Shown piece after piece: positions 9,178-19,189 of a stretch of 38,406 nt of DNA. Every line of letters begins with the position of its first letter. Position 1 is the stretch's first letter. The position numbers and the translations under genes were made by a program. This stretch comes from Candidatus Omnitrophota bacterium (GTDB lineage: Bacteria > Omnitrophota > Omnitrophia > Omnitrophales > Aquincolibacteriaceae), in assembly GCA_041585205.1 (NCBI GenBank), contig JBFHCO010000003.1, forward strand, positions 1 through 38,406, written 5' to 3'. Below the pieces are notes generated by a model. It made no database searches. It was not told where the DNA came from and worked only from the letters and a program-made list of their open reading frames with translations.

Positions 9178-10131
9178 CTACCGGATCCTTTCAGATAAAA
9201 ACCAATCGACGGTTTTGACAAGACCCGGCTGGAATCGCGTCTGAACCTTAAAATCAAGCATCCGCTTCGCCTTACGGATGTCGGCATACGTTCTGCGCAC
9301 ATCCCCCGCCCGCTTGGGTTCAAAGCGGGGTTTCACATCACTGATCTTCAATATCCGTTTTAATGCGTTGAAAATGTCCAACACGGAAAACTCTTCATGA
9401 CAGGCAATGTTGAAAACCTCGCCTGAAACACCGGCTTTTTTCATGGCCCGCAGATTCCCTTCCACCACGTTGTCGACATACGAAAAATCCCGCGACTGCT
9501 TTCCGTCCCAGTGAATTTCCGGGGATCTTTTCTTCAACAAGCACTCGATAAAGATGGGGATGACGGCCGAATATCTCGATTCCGGATTTTGGCGGGGACC
9601 AAAAACATTAAAATACCGCAAACTGACCGTGCTCAAGCCGTAAAGTTTAAAGAATTGATAACAATAATATTCCCCCATGATTTTTGATGCGGCGTAGGGA
9701 GATTCCGGCATCGGCCGATCTGTTTCCACGCTCGGGAATTTATGAGTATCTCCGTACACCGAGGAGGAGGACGAAAATACGAAACGTTTGACTTTATTCT
9801 CGCGCGCGGCCATCAGCAGCAACAACGTGCCTTTGACATTGACCTCATTGGTTTCCACGGGATTATCCACCGACCGCAATACCGCGCGGTTTGCGCCGAC
9901 ATGAAACACATAATCGCAACCCTTCACCGCTTTTTTAACGTGAGATGCGCTGCGAATATCCCCTTTTCTGAAATCCACATCTCCCTTGGCCCCGTTCAGG
10001 TGCTCCATCTTGCCGGTTGAAAGGTTGTCGAGCACGCGTACCCGATACCCCCTTTTCAAAAGCGCATCCACCAAATGAGAGCCGATAAAACCGGCGCCTC
10101 CCGTTACTAAACAGACTTTCTTTTTGGACAT
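9178..10131 (-). CDS. UDP-GlcNAc/UDP-GlcNAcA 4-epimerase-like SDR (WbpP/TviC-like)
   Basis: [48 protein letters not shown]; coupled to the upstream dehydrogenase. Confidence 0.8.
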   Translation of the reverse strand: MSKKKVCLVTGGAGFIGSHLVDALLKRGYRVRVLDNLSTGKMEHLNGAKGDVDFRKGDIRSASHVKKAVKGCDYVFHVGANRAVLRSVDNPVETNEVNVKGTLLLLMAARENKVKRFVFSSSSSVYGDTHKFPSVETDRPMPESPYAASKIMGEYYCYQFFKLYGLSTVSLRYFNVFGPRQNPESRYSAVIPIFIECLLKKRSPEIHWDGKQSRDFSYVDNVVEGNLRAMKKAGVSGEVFNIACHEEFSVLDIFNALKRILKISDVKPRFEPKRAGDVRRTYADIRKAKRMLDFKVQTRFQPGLVKTVDWFLSERIR

Positions 10132-11447
10132 TAGAGCCTCACTATATTGGGTTTTTTAAATCTTCTGAGGGCGTTTCTTGTGTCATATATTAATCGGCAG
10201 TTTTTGACAATCATTTCGTATTTAAATTGCGCGTGATCCGTCGTCAAAATGACCAAATCCTGCTTTCTGAGATTCGATGCCGTTAACGCAATCGATTTCA
10301 GCTCCAGTTCCTGGTCCTTCAATTCCGGAACGAAGGGATCGTGATAACTGATCTGCGCTCCCAATTTCTTGAGTTCCTCTAAAATATCAATAGCCGGAGA
10401 CTCCCGGATATCGGCTACATTCGGTTTATAAGTAACGCCCAGAATCATCACGCGGGAACGGCTGATGGCTTTGCCTTGATGCTTATTCAAAGCATACACG
10501 GCCTGGGAAACCACATGCACCGGCATTTCGGCATTGATGCGCCGGGCGAGTTCGATGAAATGGAGCGACGTGCCGTGCAAGCGGGCTTTCCAGGACAGAT
10601 AAACCGGGTCCACTCCGATACAATGCCCTCCGATTCCCGGACCCGGATAAAATGGCATGTATCCAAACGGCTTGGTCTTCGCGGCATCGATGGCTTCCCA
10701 AATATCAATTTTGAGATTCTCAGCCGCGCAAGCCAACTCATTGATTAAACCGATATTCACGATGCGAAATGTATTTTCAAGCAACTTGGTCATTTCCGCC
10801 GTCCGTGAGGAGCTGACTTTGACCACGGCGGGCATGACATGCTGATAAAGCTGCGCCGCCAGATCCGTGCAAGCCGCGGTGATCCCGCCCACCACTTTCG
10901 GAATGTCTGTGGGGCCGAAATTTTTATTGCCCGGATCGATTCTTTCCGGTGAAAAGCAAAGGAAAAATTCTTGGCCGACTTTCAATCCCGATTTTTCCAA
11001 ATCAGGCAATATCACCTCATCCGTGGTTCCCGGATAGGTGGTGCTTTCCAATATGACGAGCGAACCGGTATGAAGATGCTTGCAAATTTCCCCTGCGGCC
11101 GACACGATATAGGAAATGTCCGGATCCTTGACCTTGTTAAGCGGCGTCGGAACGCAAACGATGACAATATCGATATTATCACCCAAGAGTTCATATTCGT
11201 CAGACACGCGGAGCCGTTTGCTTTTGACAAGTTTGCGGATGGCGCGGGAGGGCATGTCATCAATGTAGGATTTCCCCTTGCGTATCGATTGTATCCTTTC
11301 CGCGGCAAGGTCAATACCGAGAACCTGAAAACCTTTTTCGGCGAAAGAACATGCCAGGGGCAATCCGACATACCCCAAACCGATGACAGCAATTTTGGCT
11401 TTCTTATTTTTAATTTTACGGCTTAATAACTTTCGCCAATCAGCCAT
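10131..11447 (-). CDS. wbpA: UDP-N-acetyl-D-glucosamine 6-dehydrogenase (WbpA/TviB/WecC family)
   Basis: IGLGYVGLPLA, CVPTPL, ESTTYPGTT, SPERIDPGN, KLLENTFR, PGPGIGGHCI. Confidence 0.85.
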   Translation of the reverse strand: MADWRKLLSRKIKNKKAKIAVIGLGYVGLPLACSFAEKGFQVLGIDLAAERIQSIRKGKSYIDDMPSRAIRKLVKSKRLRVSDEYELLGDNIDIVIVCVPTPLNKVKDPDISYIVSAAGEICKHLHTGSLVILESTTYPGTTDEVILPDLEKSGLKVGQEFFLCFSPERIDPGNKNFGPTDIPKVVGGITAACTDLAAQLYQHVMPAVVKVSSSRTAEMTKLLENTFRIVNIGLINELACAAENLKIDIWEAIDAAKTKPFGYMPFYPGPGIGGHCIGVDPVYLSWKARLHGTSLHFIELARRINAEMPVHVVSQAVYALNKHQGKAISRSRVMILGVTYKPNVADIRESPAIDILEELKKLGAQISYHDPFVPELKDQELELKSIALTASNLRKQDLVILTTDHAQFKYEMIVKNCRLIYDTRNALRRFKKPNIVRL

Positions 11448-11450
11448 GAT

Positions 11451-12362
11451 TCACACCTTTTCTGAGGCGTTGAACTCCTGAATAAAATCTTTAACGGCTT
11501 CTTGCCAAGGACGCATTTTAATACCTAAAATCCGTTCTGTCTTCTCCAGAGATAAGACCGAATTCTTCGGCCTTTTTGCGCCTTGAGGCCGCTGATCGCT
11601 TGAAATACGCTCAATCCTTGCCTCGCCTGATGACGCTGCCCGCAGTATCGATTCCGCGAATTCCGCCCACGAGGCGGTCCCTTGATTGGCAAGATGAAAA
11701 ATCTGCCGGTTTAATTTCTTTGAAGTCTGCCCATTTTTATCAAATAGCTCGTAAAGGGCGCAAGCGATATCCTTGGTGTATGTCGGTCTGCCGATTTGAT
11801 CCGAGACAATCTTTAAAGGCGATCCGGCCTTCGCCAAATTGAGAATCGTTCTCGGAAATGAACGGCCGTGCAAACCATACAGCCAAGACGTTCTAAAAAT
11901 GACGTAGGATTCGGCATCTCGGCGAATCGCCTCTTCCGCCAGCAGCTTCGTTTCACCATACACGTTCAAGGGATTGCAGGCGTCGTCTTCGCAATACGCA
12001 TCTTTTTTTTCGCCGTCGAATACATAATCCGTGCTAAAAAAAATCAAAAATGCTTTTACTTTATTACAAGCCTCGACCATACCTCTTGTCGCTTCCGCGT
12101 TATCCCGGACGGCTCGCTCCCGTTCGAATTCGCAATCATCCACCCGTGTCATGGCGGCCGCGTGAAAAACCACGTCGGGCTTTTCTTTTTCAAAAATCTT
12201 TCCTACCGCCGCCTCATCATTCAAATCACAGACAAGGTAAGGGATATTCAGATGAGGCGGTTTCGGTTTTCGGCCCAAGCCGATTATTTTGAAACTTTTC
12301 GCAAACTTGCCGGCTAAATCGGAGCCCAACATACCGCCCGCGCCGGTGATCAAACATTTCAT
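11451..12362 (-). CDS. rfbD: dTDP-4-dehydrorhamnose reductase (RmlD)
   Basis: GAGGMLG, STDYVFDG, YGETK, RTSWLYG, DQIGRPT, RPKNSVL. Confidence 0.95.
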   Translation of the reverse strand: MKCLITGAGGMLGSDLAGKFAKSFKIIGLGRKPKPPHLNIPYLVCDLNDEAAVGKIFEKEKPDVVFHAAAMTRVDDCEFERERAVRDNAEATRGMVEACNKVKAFLIFFSTDYVFDGEKKDAYCEDDACNPLNVYGETKLLAEEAIRRDAESYVIFRTSWLYGLHGRSFPRTILNLAKAGSPLKIVSDQIGRPTYTKDIACALYELFDKNGQTSKKLNRQIFHLANQGTASWAEFAESILRAASSGEARIERISSDQRPQGAKRPKNSVLSLEKTERILGIKMRPWQEAVKDFIQEFNASEKV

Positions 12363-12368
12363 CGCTTA

Positions 12369-13346
12369 TTATTTCAGGGTAAACTTATCTTTTTTTAAGG
12401 GCTGCCACCATGCCGGATGGCTACGGTACCATTCAATCGTTTTGTGAAGCCCGTCCTCAAGACTTGTCTGCGGCTGAAATCCCAATGCTCGGACTCGCGA
12501 CCAATCGACGCTGTATCTTAAATCATGTCCCGGCCGGTCCGCGACGTTCTGAATACTTTTTTCATCAGACCCCATTAACCGCGCGATCAAACGCGCAAGA
12601 TCTATATTTGCGGTGTCGTTACCGCCGCCGACATTGTAAATCCGTCCTTCCTCACCGCGCTCTAAAATAAGCTCAAGTGCGCGGACATTGTCTTCGACGA
12701 AAATCCAGTCACGGCGATTTTCACCGCGGCTGTAAAGCGGCATTTTTTTATTCTCCAGCAGATTGGTGATAAAAAGCGGGATGACTTTTTCAGGATACTG
12801 ATATGGACCGTAATTATTGGTGCTTCTCGCGATCATGATCGGATAACCGTAAGTTTCCCTGTAAGAGCGGATCAATAAATCAGCCGCCGCCTTGGATGCG
12901 GCATACGGACTGTTGGGTTTTAAAGGCGCATCCTCGGTCACAGATCCCTCCGGAACGGAACCGTACACTTCGTCGGTTGAGATATGCAGAAAGCGCTTAA
13001 TTTGATGTTTGCGAGCGGCATCCAGCAATACGCGCGTCCCCTCCACGTTTGTCGCGATAAAATCTCCCGCGCTTTCAATGGAACGGTCTACGTGCGTTTC
13101 CGCCGCAAAATGGACGATCGCATCCGCCTTGGAAACAACCGATTCGACTTTTTTGCTGTCGCAAACATCCCCTTCCGCGAATTGATAATTCTTATGATCC
13201 TTGAAATCCTGAGTATTCTGAAGATTGCCCGAGTAGGTCAGCTTATCCAAATTCTGCAGACGACAATCAGGATGGTTGGCGAGATACCGCCGGATGAAAT
13301 GAGAACCGATAAATCCGCAACCGCCGGTGACTAAGAGGGATTTCAT
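12369..13346 (-). CDS. rfbB: dTDP-glucose 4,6-dehydratase (RmlB)
   Basis: TGGCGFIGS, DKLTYSGN, HFAAETHVDRSI, STDEVYG, YAASK, DRPGHDLRY. Confidence 0.96.
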   Translation of the reverse strand: MKSLLVTGGCGFIGSHFIRRYLANHPDCRLQNLDKLTYSGNLQNTQDFKDHKNYQFAEGDVCDSKKVESVVSKADAIVHFAAETHVDRSIESAGDFIATNVEGTRVLLDAARKHQIKRFLHISTDEVYGSVPEGSVTEDAPLKPNSPYAASKAAADLLIRSYRETYGYPIMIARSTNNYGPYQYPEKVIPLFITNLLENKKMPLYSRGENRRDWIFVEDNVRALELILERGEEGRIYNVGGGNDTANIDLARLIARLMGSDEKSIQNVADRPGHDLRYSVDWSRVRALGFQPQTSLEDGLHKTIEWYRSHPAWWQPLKKDKFTLK

Positions 13347-14071
13347 TTCTTCTTCACATGCCGTTCGGCGACGAGGCAGCTCGCACGATGCAGTGATTCA
13401 AAGGTCCCGGCATCCGTCCAATAACCTTTTAAGATATCATATTCGAGCCGCTCCTTCTTAAGATAGGCGTTATTGACATCCGTAATTTCCAATTCGCCTC
13501 GCCCGGAAGGTTTGAGCGTTTTGATGATATTGAAAACTTCCGAATCGTACATATAAATCCCGGTCACTGCGTAACGGCTTTTGGGCTTTTTGGGTTTTTC
13601 TTCGATTGATATAACTTTTTTTCCGCTCAACTCGACCACACCGAAACGCTGCGCATCCGGCACTTCCTTCAAGAGGATGCGCGCGCCCTTTTCTTGCTGC
13701 TCGAACTTTTTCACGAACGGTTGAATGTCATCTTCAATCAGATTATCGCCCAGGATGACCACACATTTTTGGCCTCCCACAAAATGCTCGGCCAGCGCCA
13801 AGGCCGCGGCTATACCGCCCTCACCTTCCTGATACGTATAATTAATATGCTTCAAACCGAAGTCTTTACCGTTTCCGAGCAATTTCAAAAAATCTCCCGC
13901 TGAATTTCCGCCGGTCACAAGCAAGATGTCGCGTACGCCCGCACGGACCAGCGTTTCGATGGGGTAAAAAATCATCGGTTTGTTGTACACGGGCAACAGG
14001 TGTTTGTTAGTCACCTTTGTTAAAGGCAACAGCCGCGACCCCAATCCTCCCGCTAAGACAATTCCCTTCAT
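13343..14071 (-). CDS. rfbA: Glucose-1-phosphate thymidylyltransferase, short (SpsI-like) form (RmlA)
   Basis: LAGGLGSRLLPLT, KHLLPVYNKPMI, LGDN, EEKP, RGELEITD, WTDAGT. Confidence 0.9.
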   Translation of the reverse strand: MKGIVLAGGLGSRLLPLTKVTNKHLLPVYNKPMIFYPIETLVRAGVRDILLVTGGNSAGDFLKLLGNGKDFGLKHINYTYQEGEGGIAAALALAEHFVGGQKCVVILGDNLIEDDIQPFVKKFEQQEKGARILLKEVPDAQRFGVVELSGKKVISIEEKPKKPKSRYAVTGIYMYDSEVFNIIKTLKPSGRGELEITDVNNAYLKKERLEYDILKGYWTDAGTFESLHRASCLVAERHVKKK

Positions 14072-14091
14072 CGGTTGACCGTTTGATTCTC

Positions 14092-15387
14092 CTAAAGGTT
14101 GCGCCCCATCGCAATATAACGGAATCCCAGCTTCTTCATTTCTTTGGGATCAAACATATTGCGACCGTCGAAAAGAACCGGGTGCTTAAGAAGCTTTTTG
14201 ATTTTTTTAAAGTCCAAATTATTAAATTCGCTCCAGTCGGTCAAGACTGCCAGCGCGTCCGCTCCGCGCGCCGCACTGTAGGCATTATTGACAAATTTTA
14301 CCTTATCCAACACTTCTTTCGCTTTCGCCATGGCCTGCGGGTCATAGGCTTGAATTTTGACGCCCTGCTTTTGGAGTTCCCCGATAATATCAATGGACGG
14401 GGCAAACCGCATGTCGTCTGTGTTCGCTTTAAACGCAAGACCGAGAATGCCGACCGTTTTGTTCTTCAAATTCCATAACGTATTTTCAACTTTCTGAACA
14501 AAATACCTTTTTTGATCATCGTTGATGTTGAGTACTTCCCGCAGCAAATCAAAACGCACGCCCAACTTCTCGGACATCCTCAAAAACGCCGAGAGATCTT
14601 TCGGAAAACAAAATCCGCCGAAACCGATGCCCGCCTTGAGAAAGCTGGGACCGATGCGGCTGTCAAGACCCATCCCTTTGGCGACTTGATCCACATCAGC
14701 ATTGACCGTGTCGCATATCCGTGAAACGACGTTGATAAATGCGATCTTGGTCGCCAAGAAAGAATTGGAAGCGTGCTTAATAATCTCGGCGCTTTCAATG
14801 TCCGTCACGACGATGGACGCTTTTAACGGCTGATAGAGCTTACGCAATATTTTTTCGGCTCGCTTACTCGATACGCCCAGCACGATACGTTCCGGTTCGA
14901 GAAAATCCTTGATGGCCGAACCTTCCCTCAGGAATTCAGGATTGGACGCGACGTCAAATTGCGCGCCTTTGGGATGGTACTCGCGGATCGTTTTATTAAT
15001 CCACCACCCTGTTTGAACGGGAACGGTACTCTTCTCGACAATCAGGCGGTACTCTTTTAAATTCGTCGCAATTTCGCGGGAAACATTTTCAATATAGGAG
15101 AGATCGGCCTCGCCGGTATCCTTCGGGGGCGTGTTGACGCTGATGAATAAAACTTCGCATTGTTTTACCGCCTGCGCCACCGAGGTGCCAAAAGACAGTC
15201 GCTTTTCCCGCACATTATCCCGGAGCATTTCCTCGAGCCCGGGCTCATAGATGGGCACCTGCCCCTTCTTGAGCATCGCGATTTTCTTTTGATCGATGTC
15301 CACGCAAAGCACTTCATTGCCCAAATGCGCAAAACACGCGCCCGTGACCAACCCCACATACCCTGAACCGATAATGCCGATTTTCAC
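14092..15387 (-). CDS. ugd: UDP-glucose 6-dehydrogenase
   Basis: IGSGYVG, PIYEPGL, KSTVPV, SNPEFLREG, GFGGFCFPKD; GTG start with GGGAGG RBS. Confidence 0.93.
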   Translation of the reverse strand: MKIGIIGSGYVGLVTGACFAHLGNEVLCVDIDQKKIAMLKKGQVPIYEPGLEEMLRDNVREKRLSFGTSVAQAVKQCEVLFISVNTPPKDTGEADLSYIENVSREIATNLKEYRLIVEKSTVPVQTGWWINKTIREYHPKGAQFDVASNPEFLREGSAIKDFLEPERIVLGVSSKRAEKILRKLYQPLKASIVVTDIESAEIIKHASNSFLATKIAFINVVSRICDTVNADVDQVAKGMGLDSRIGPSFLKAGIGFGGFCFPKDLSAFLRMSEKLGVRFDLLREVLNINDDQKRYFVQKVENTLWNLKNKTVGILGLAFKANTDDMRFAPSIDIIGELQKQGVKIQAYDPQAMAKAKEVLDKVKFVNNAYSAARGADALAVLTDWSEFNNLDFKKIKKLLKHPVLFDGRNMFDPKEMKKLGFRYIAMGRNL

Positions 15388-15487
15388 CGTTCTAGACCTC
15401 CCTTACGGGTTCAAATATGACAAAAATACTATTACGGTAATGCTATCCCATAACTTAAGATTTGAAAAGGGGTTCCGAGAAGACCCG

Positions 15488-17776
15488 TCAGACCCGAGAA
15501 TAGGGGGAAAAACCTTCGTGAAAATGGTCATGACGGGATGAAAGCTGATTGGCGCCGGCCACGGTTTCTCCGATGCGGGGTTCAGAAAAGGAAGCGCGGC
15601 TACCTCCGCCGCGCAGAGCGTACTCCGGAAAGGCCTTGAGTCTGAAATTAAAGAAGAGTTCCTTATTCGAATTCTCAATATCGGAATTCCGTACGTTGTA
15701 GCCGAAATCCAAAATAAAGTCATGCAAATCGCGCGTAGCCGAAACCTGCCATTCTTCAAGCTCCTGGTCGTCGGCATCCCAGCGGATATATCCGCCCAGC
15801 TGCCAAAGGGGGTTGATCCAGACCTTCCCCTCGAATACGAATTGATTGGTCGTGTTCAATTCCCCCACATTATTTAAAAGTGACGGATCCTTGACGAAAC
15901 GATGCCCGAACAGCACTTTAAAACGTTTGGTTTTTGCCAAGAGATCTTGGTTTAAGGCACGGAATTGATCCCGCTCCATGTCGTAATCAAATCGTATTTC
16001 ATATTGAAGCCAATGATAAGGCCGCAACACGGCTTCTTGACGCAGGATTTTAAAATTACTGCTCGTGGTCGGCTCATCCGGATTGAACGCGTAATTTAAA
16101 AATGTATTCAAGCTGACGATATCAATGCGCTGCATTCTGCCATCGATGACACGCTTCGTCTGCAAACGGTTTTCAAGGCCGAAGGTCACAACATCTTTAT
16201 CATCAATCTGATCGATATGATCAAACCGGTTCAATTCTTCGTCGCCGACCGTGGAGGGGTGAATGGCCGTGTAACGGATGCTCGGCTCAAAAATATGGCG
16301 GAGGTTATTGATCTCAATGCCGGCTTTGTCGAATGTTGCATTGATCGTCTTATAAAACTGCGTGCGTAAATCGACCGTACCCCCCATGGCGAACCGAAAA
16401 TGCTCTGCGCTTGTGTATCTTTCCCGGGAATAATACGTGCCCCTCACAAAAGCGGAAGGTGTTAACTTAATACCCTTCCAGCGCATCGGAAGAAACCATT
16501 CATGCACATTATCCAGACGGACAACGTCCTCATTGCGCCCCGACCGGCCAAACCGTTTAGAAAGGTTAGCGAAACTCGCCTGCGATTCATAAAAAAGCCA
16601 GGGCATAAAAAAGGGCTGATTTTTCCAGTCAAGGCGAATTTCGGGCATTCTTTCCACGAGGGATTCAAAACGGTTCATGCGTTTTTGCAAATGCGCCATC
16701 ATGCCGTAACGCTCCGAATTTTTCGTAAGCGTTACAAACGATTGCGGCTCCACATCGGCGCGATGCTCTTTTTCAAAGAAGTCCTGCAGGAAAAATTCAT
16801 CGGCCAAACGATGATAACGCAATATCACATGGGTATAAGGATCGAAATCCGTGCGATGCCGCCACGACAATCGGCCGCGGTCGCGGTCTTCCAGCTCCGT
16901 ATAAGCCCCCGTTTTGGCACCGGTCGCCGGCGCCCTTTCATCCTGCGTCCAGTAACCGATAAAATCGCCCTTCGCGTGCTTGCCGAAGTCATAATTTAAA
17001 ACACCGCCGGCGCCAAACCCTCTCTTCGAACGCCAATCCGCGAGAATTTTGCCCCACATATGCTGATTGATGCTGAAACCTTTGGTGGTCTCAATATAAG
17101 CACCGTAATCGGAGCTGTACCCGGGACTGATGCTGATCGGTAAGTGATTTTGTTGAAGCGGAATGACAAAGTAAGGCCACCAAAACATCGGCTTCCCCAA
17201 AACGTAAACGGTCACATTTTGGGCAAAAATTTTATCATCCTTACGGAAAACCGCTTTTTTGGCTTTGATTACATAATGCGGTTTTTCAAGATCACAGGTT
17301 GTGATTTCAGCGTTGTCAATTTCGATGACGCCTTTTTTAACCTGCCGCATATCGGCGCCCCGGCCATACCAGGGCGGATCAATCGTTCGGCCGTTCGGAA
17401 AGCTTCCCGTGTGGTTTTCAAAATCATAAAATATTTCCTCGCCCTGAGCGCCGGGCTCATCATCTTCAAACAAAATGACATGGCCCCTCGCATAGGCCTT
17501 CTTTGTCTCGGTTTCCACTTCCGCATAATCCGCGGTCAGTTTCACTCCTTCGTAGGACACGACCACGTTATTTTTAGCGACCATTTTCTTCTCTTGGCGC
17601 AAATATTCCAGCTGGTCTGCCACGACTTCGACTTGGGCGGTCGGATCCTGGAATAACCTTTTAGAAGATTGACGAGCGGGTTTTTCTTGTTCAGCTTGAG
17701 CAAAAACCGATACTGAATTTGTGAGAACAAACAGAGGGCTAAAAATTAATAAGATTAAAACAACTAAACGCTTCAT
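15488..17776 (-). CDS. lptD: LPS-assembly outer membrane protein LptD
   Basis: Signal peptide; OstA-like jellyroll (VEVVADQLEY, KLTADYAEV, YARGHV); ITTCDLEKPHY; LRHIFEPSIRY; FGLENRL; amphipathic beta strands. Confidence 0.87.
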   Translation of the reverse strand: MKRLVVLILLIFSPLFVLTNSVSVFAQAEQEKPARQSSKRLFQDPTAQVEVVADQLEYLRQEKKMVAKNNVVVSYEGVKLTADYAEVETETKKAYARGHVILFEDDEPGAQGEEIFYDFENHTGSFPNGRTIDPPWYGRGADMRQVKKGVIEIDNAEITTCDLEKPHYVIKAKKAVFRKDDKIFAQNVTVYVLGKPMFWWPYFVIPLQQNHLPISISPGYSSDYGAYIETTKGFSINQHMWGKILADWRSKRGFGAGGVLNYDFGKHAKGDFIGYWTQDERAPATGAKTGAYTELEDRDRGRLSWRHRTDFDPYTHVILRYHRLADEFFLQDFFEKEHRADVEPQSFVTLTKNSERYGMMAHLQKRMNRFESLVERMPEIRLDWKNQPFFMPWLFYESQASFANLSKRFGRSGRNEDVVRLDNVHEWFLPMRWKGIKLTPSAFVRGTYYSRERYTSAEHFRFAMGGTVDLRTQFYKTINATFDKAGIEINNLRHIFEPSIRYTAIHPSTVGDEELNRFDHIDQIDDKDVVTFGLENRLQTKRVIDGRMQRIDIVSLNTFLNYAFNPDEPTTSSNFKILRQEAVLRPYHWLQYEIRFDYDMERDQFRALNQDLLAKTKRFKVLFGHRFVKDPSLLNNVGELNTTNQFVFEGKVWINPLWQLGGYIRWDADDQELEEWQVSATRDLHDFILDFGYNVRNSDIENSNKELFFNFRLKAFPEYALRGGGSRASFSEPRIGETVAGANQLSSRHDHFHEGFSPYSRV

Positions 17777-17782
17777 CTTAAA

Positions 17783-19189
17783 TTATAAATCTCGATAGTT
17801 AAAAACCCGGTTCCGGCCTTCTTCCTTAGCGCGATAAAGCGCTTTGTCGGCATGGCGGATTAAATCAAACGCTAAGTCATCATAAAACGCGGTTCGTTGC
17901 GTTTCGGGAATATCATCAGGAAAAACGGAAATACCGATGCTGACAGTCACTTGAGTTTCAACATCATATACTTTGAATCGGTGACGCGCGATGTTCGACC
18001 GGATACGTTCCGCAATCTCCTGCGCAACTTGCGGTTGTGTTTCCGGAATGATTACGACAAATTCTTCTCCGCCGTAGCGCGCAACAATATCGACTCGGCG
18101 AAGGTTTTCCCGCAGCATCTTGGCGACTTCTTTGAGGGTTGCATCCCCTACCAAATGCCCGAAATCATCATTATATCTTTTGAAATGATCGATGTCTAAC
18201 ATTAATACCGCCAAAGGCAGCTGGAATTTAATACTTCTTTTTAGTTCCTCGTCGAATCTTTCAAGAAAGTGCCTGCGCACGTAAACTCCGGTCAAACCGT
18301 CGATAATCGATAATTCTCTCACTGTTTCATACAATCGAATTTTTTTCATTTGCAAGACCAAATGCGCGACCAACACTTCAAATTTAACAAGATCTTCGGG
18401 ATTCGCTCCCTGCACATGCATCAACGTCGCGACTTCTCCTTCGAGTATGATGGGAAATATCCATTGTTCTTCCGAGGTTGCAAGAGCCCCTTCCTTGAGA
18501 GGCGCATCGCCTGTCTTCAGCATTTTTTTTGATTTGAGGACATTTCCGAAGATTTCTTCCTCCTCAGCTGACATTTCAGCATTTTCTTCTGCGCTACCCT
18601 TGGCATCGATTCTGAAACGACGAACGAGTTCGGTGTTATGTTCTACCTTTTTAAAAACCAGTAATTGCATGGTGCGGAATGGAAGAATGGGCAACAACTT
18701 TTTATAAAGCAAGTCAGACATGACCTCCAAACTCAAGGCTTCGCTGAAATCGCGCGCCATCTCAAACAGCTCCATGAGACTGGATACTTGTTTTTCCAGA
18801 TGATGCAAGCTCTCCAAACGGGAGTCGTACCGTTTTCTCAAAGTTGTTAATTCATTTTGCACCGTTTCGCTTTGTATAGTTTCCAACCGAAGGGCCTGTG
18901 CCCAGCTGCGCCGATAATGAAGGAGAGCTGCGATTATGATTCCGTATTCCAAACCGACCACCATGGACTCGTAACTTGGATGTTGGGTAAAATAAATGGC
19001 AAAATTAACGATGGTAACGGCGGCGGCGATCGCGGTGTTTATCTTATGAAAGCGGTCATAAAAATAAAAAAGCGGGAAAATGAGCGCCGGGAAAAGAACA
19101 AAAAAGATCAGCGGCAATTGTATCCCCTTCAAGAGAATAAACATTGCAAAAATGCCGTAAGCTATCAGCGCTAATCCTTGCTTAAACAT
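17783..19189 (-). CDS. Membrane-bound diguanylate cyclase (TM, coiled coil, GAF-like, GGDEF) with intact I-site
   Basis: DGLTGVY, MLDIDHFKRYNDDFGHLVGD, RRVD-IVARY-GGEEF, ADKALYRAKEEGRN; N-terminal hydrophobic helices. Confidence 0.92.
   Translation of the reverse strand: MFKQGLALIAYGIFAMFILLKGIQLPLIFFVLFPALIFPLFYFYDRFHKINTAIAAAVTIVNFAIYFTQHPSYESMVVGLEYGIIIAALLHYRRSWAQALRLETIQSETVQNELTTLRKRYDSRLESLHHLEKQVSSLMELFEMARDFSEALSLEVMSDLLYKKLLPILPFRTMQLLVFKKVEHNTELVRRFRIDAKGSAEENAEMSAEEEEIFGNVLKSKKMLKTGDAPLKEGALATSEEQWIFPIILEGEVATLMHVQGANPEDLVKFEVLVAHLVLQMKKIRLYETVRELSIIDGLTGVYVRRHFLERFDEELKRSIKFQLPLAVLMLDIDHFKRYNDDFGHLVGDATLKEVAKMLRENLRRVDIVARYGGEEFVVIIPETQPQVAQEIAERIRSNIARHRFKVYDVETQVTVSIGISVFPDDIPETQRTAFYDDLAFDLIRHADKALYRAKEEGRNRVFNYRDL

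Noticed and set aside
15466-15487. Terminator between lptD and ugd
   Set aside because: Only a 4-bp stem (GGGT/ACCC) with a short T run; too weak to call.
15403-15777. 124-aa minus-strand ORF overlapping the lptD 3' end
   Set aside because: Off-frame overlap with lptD, no RBS or motif, and no sign of a frameshift in lptD.
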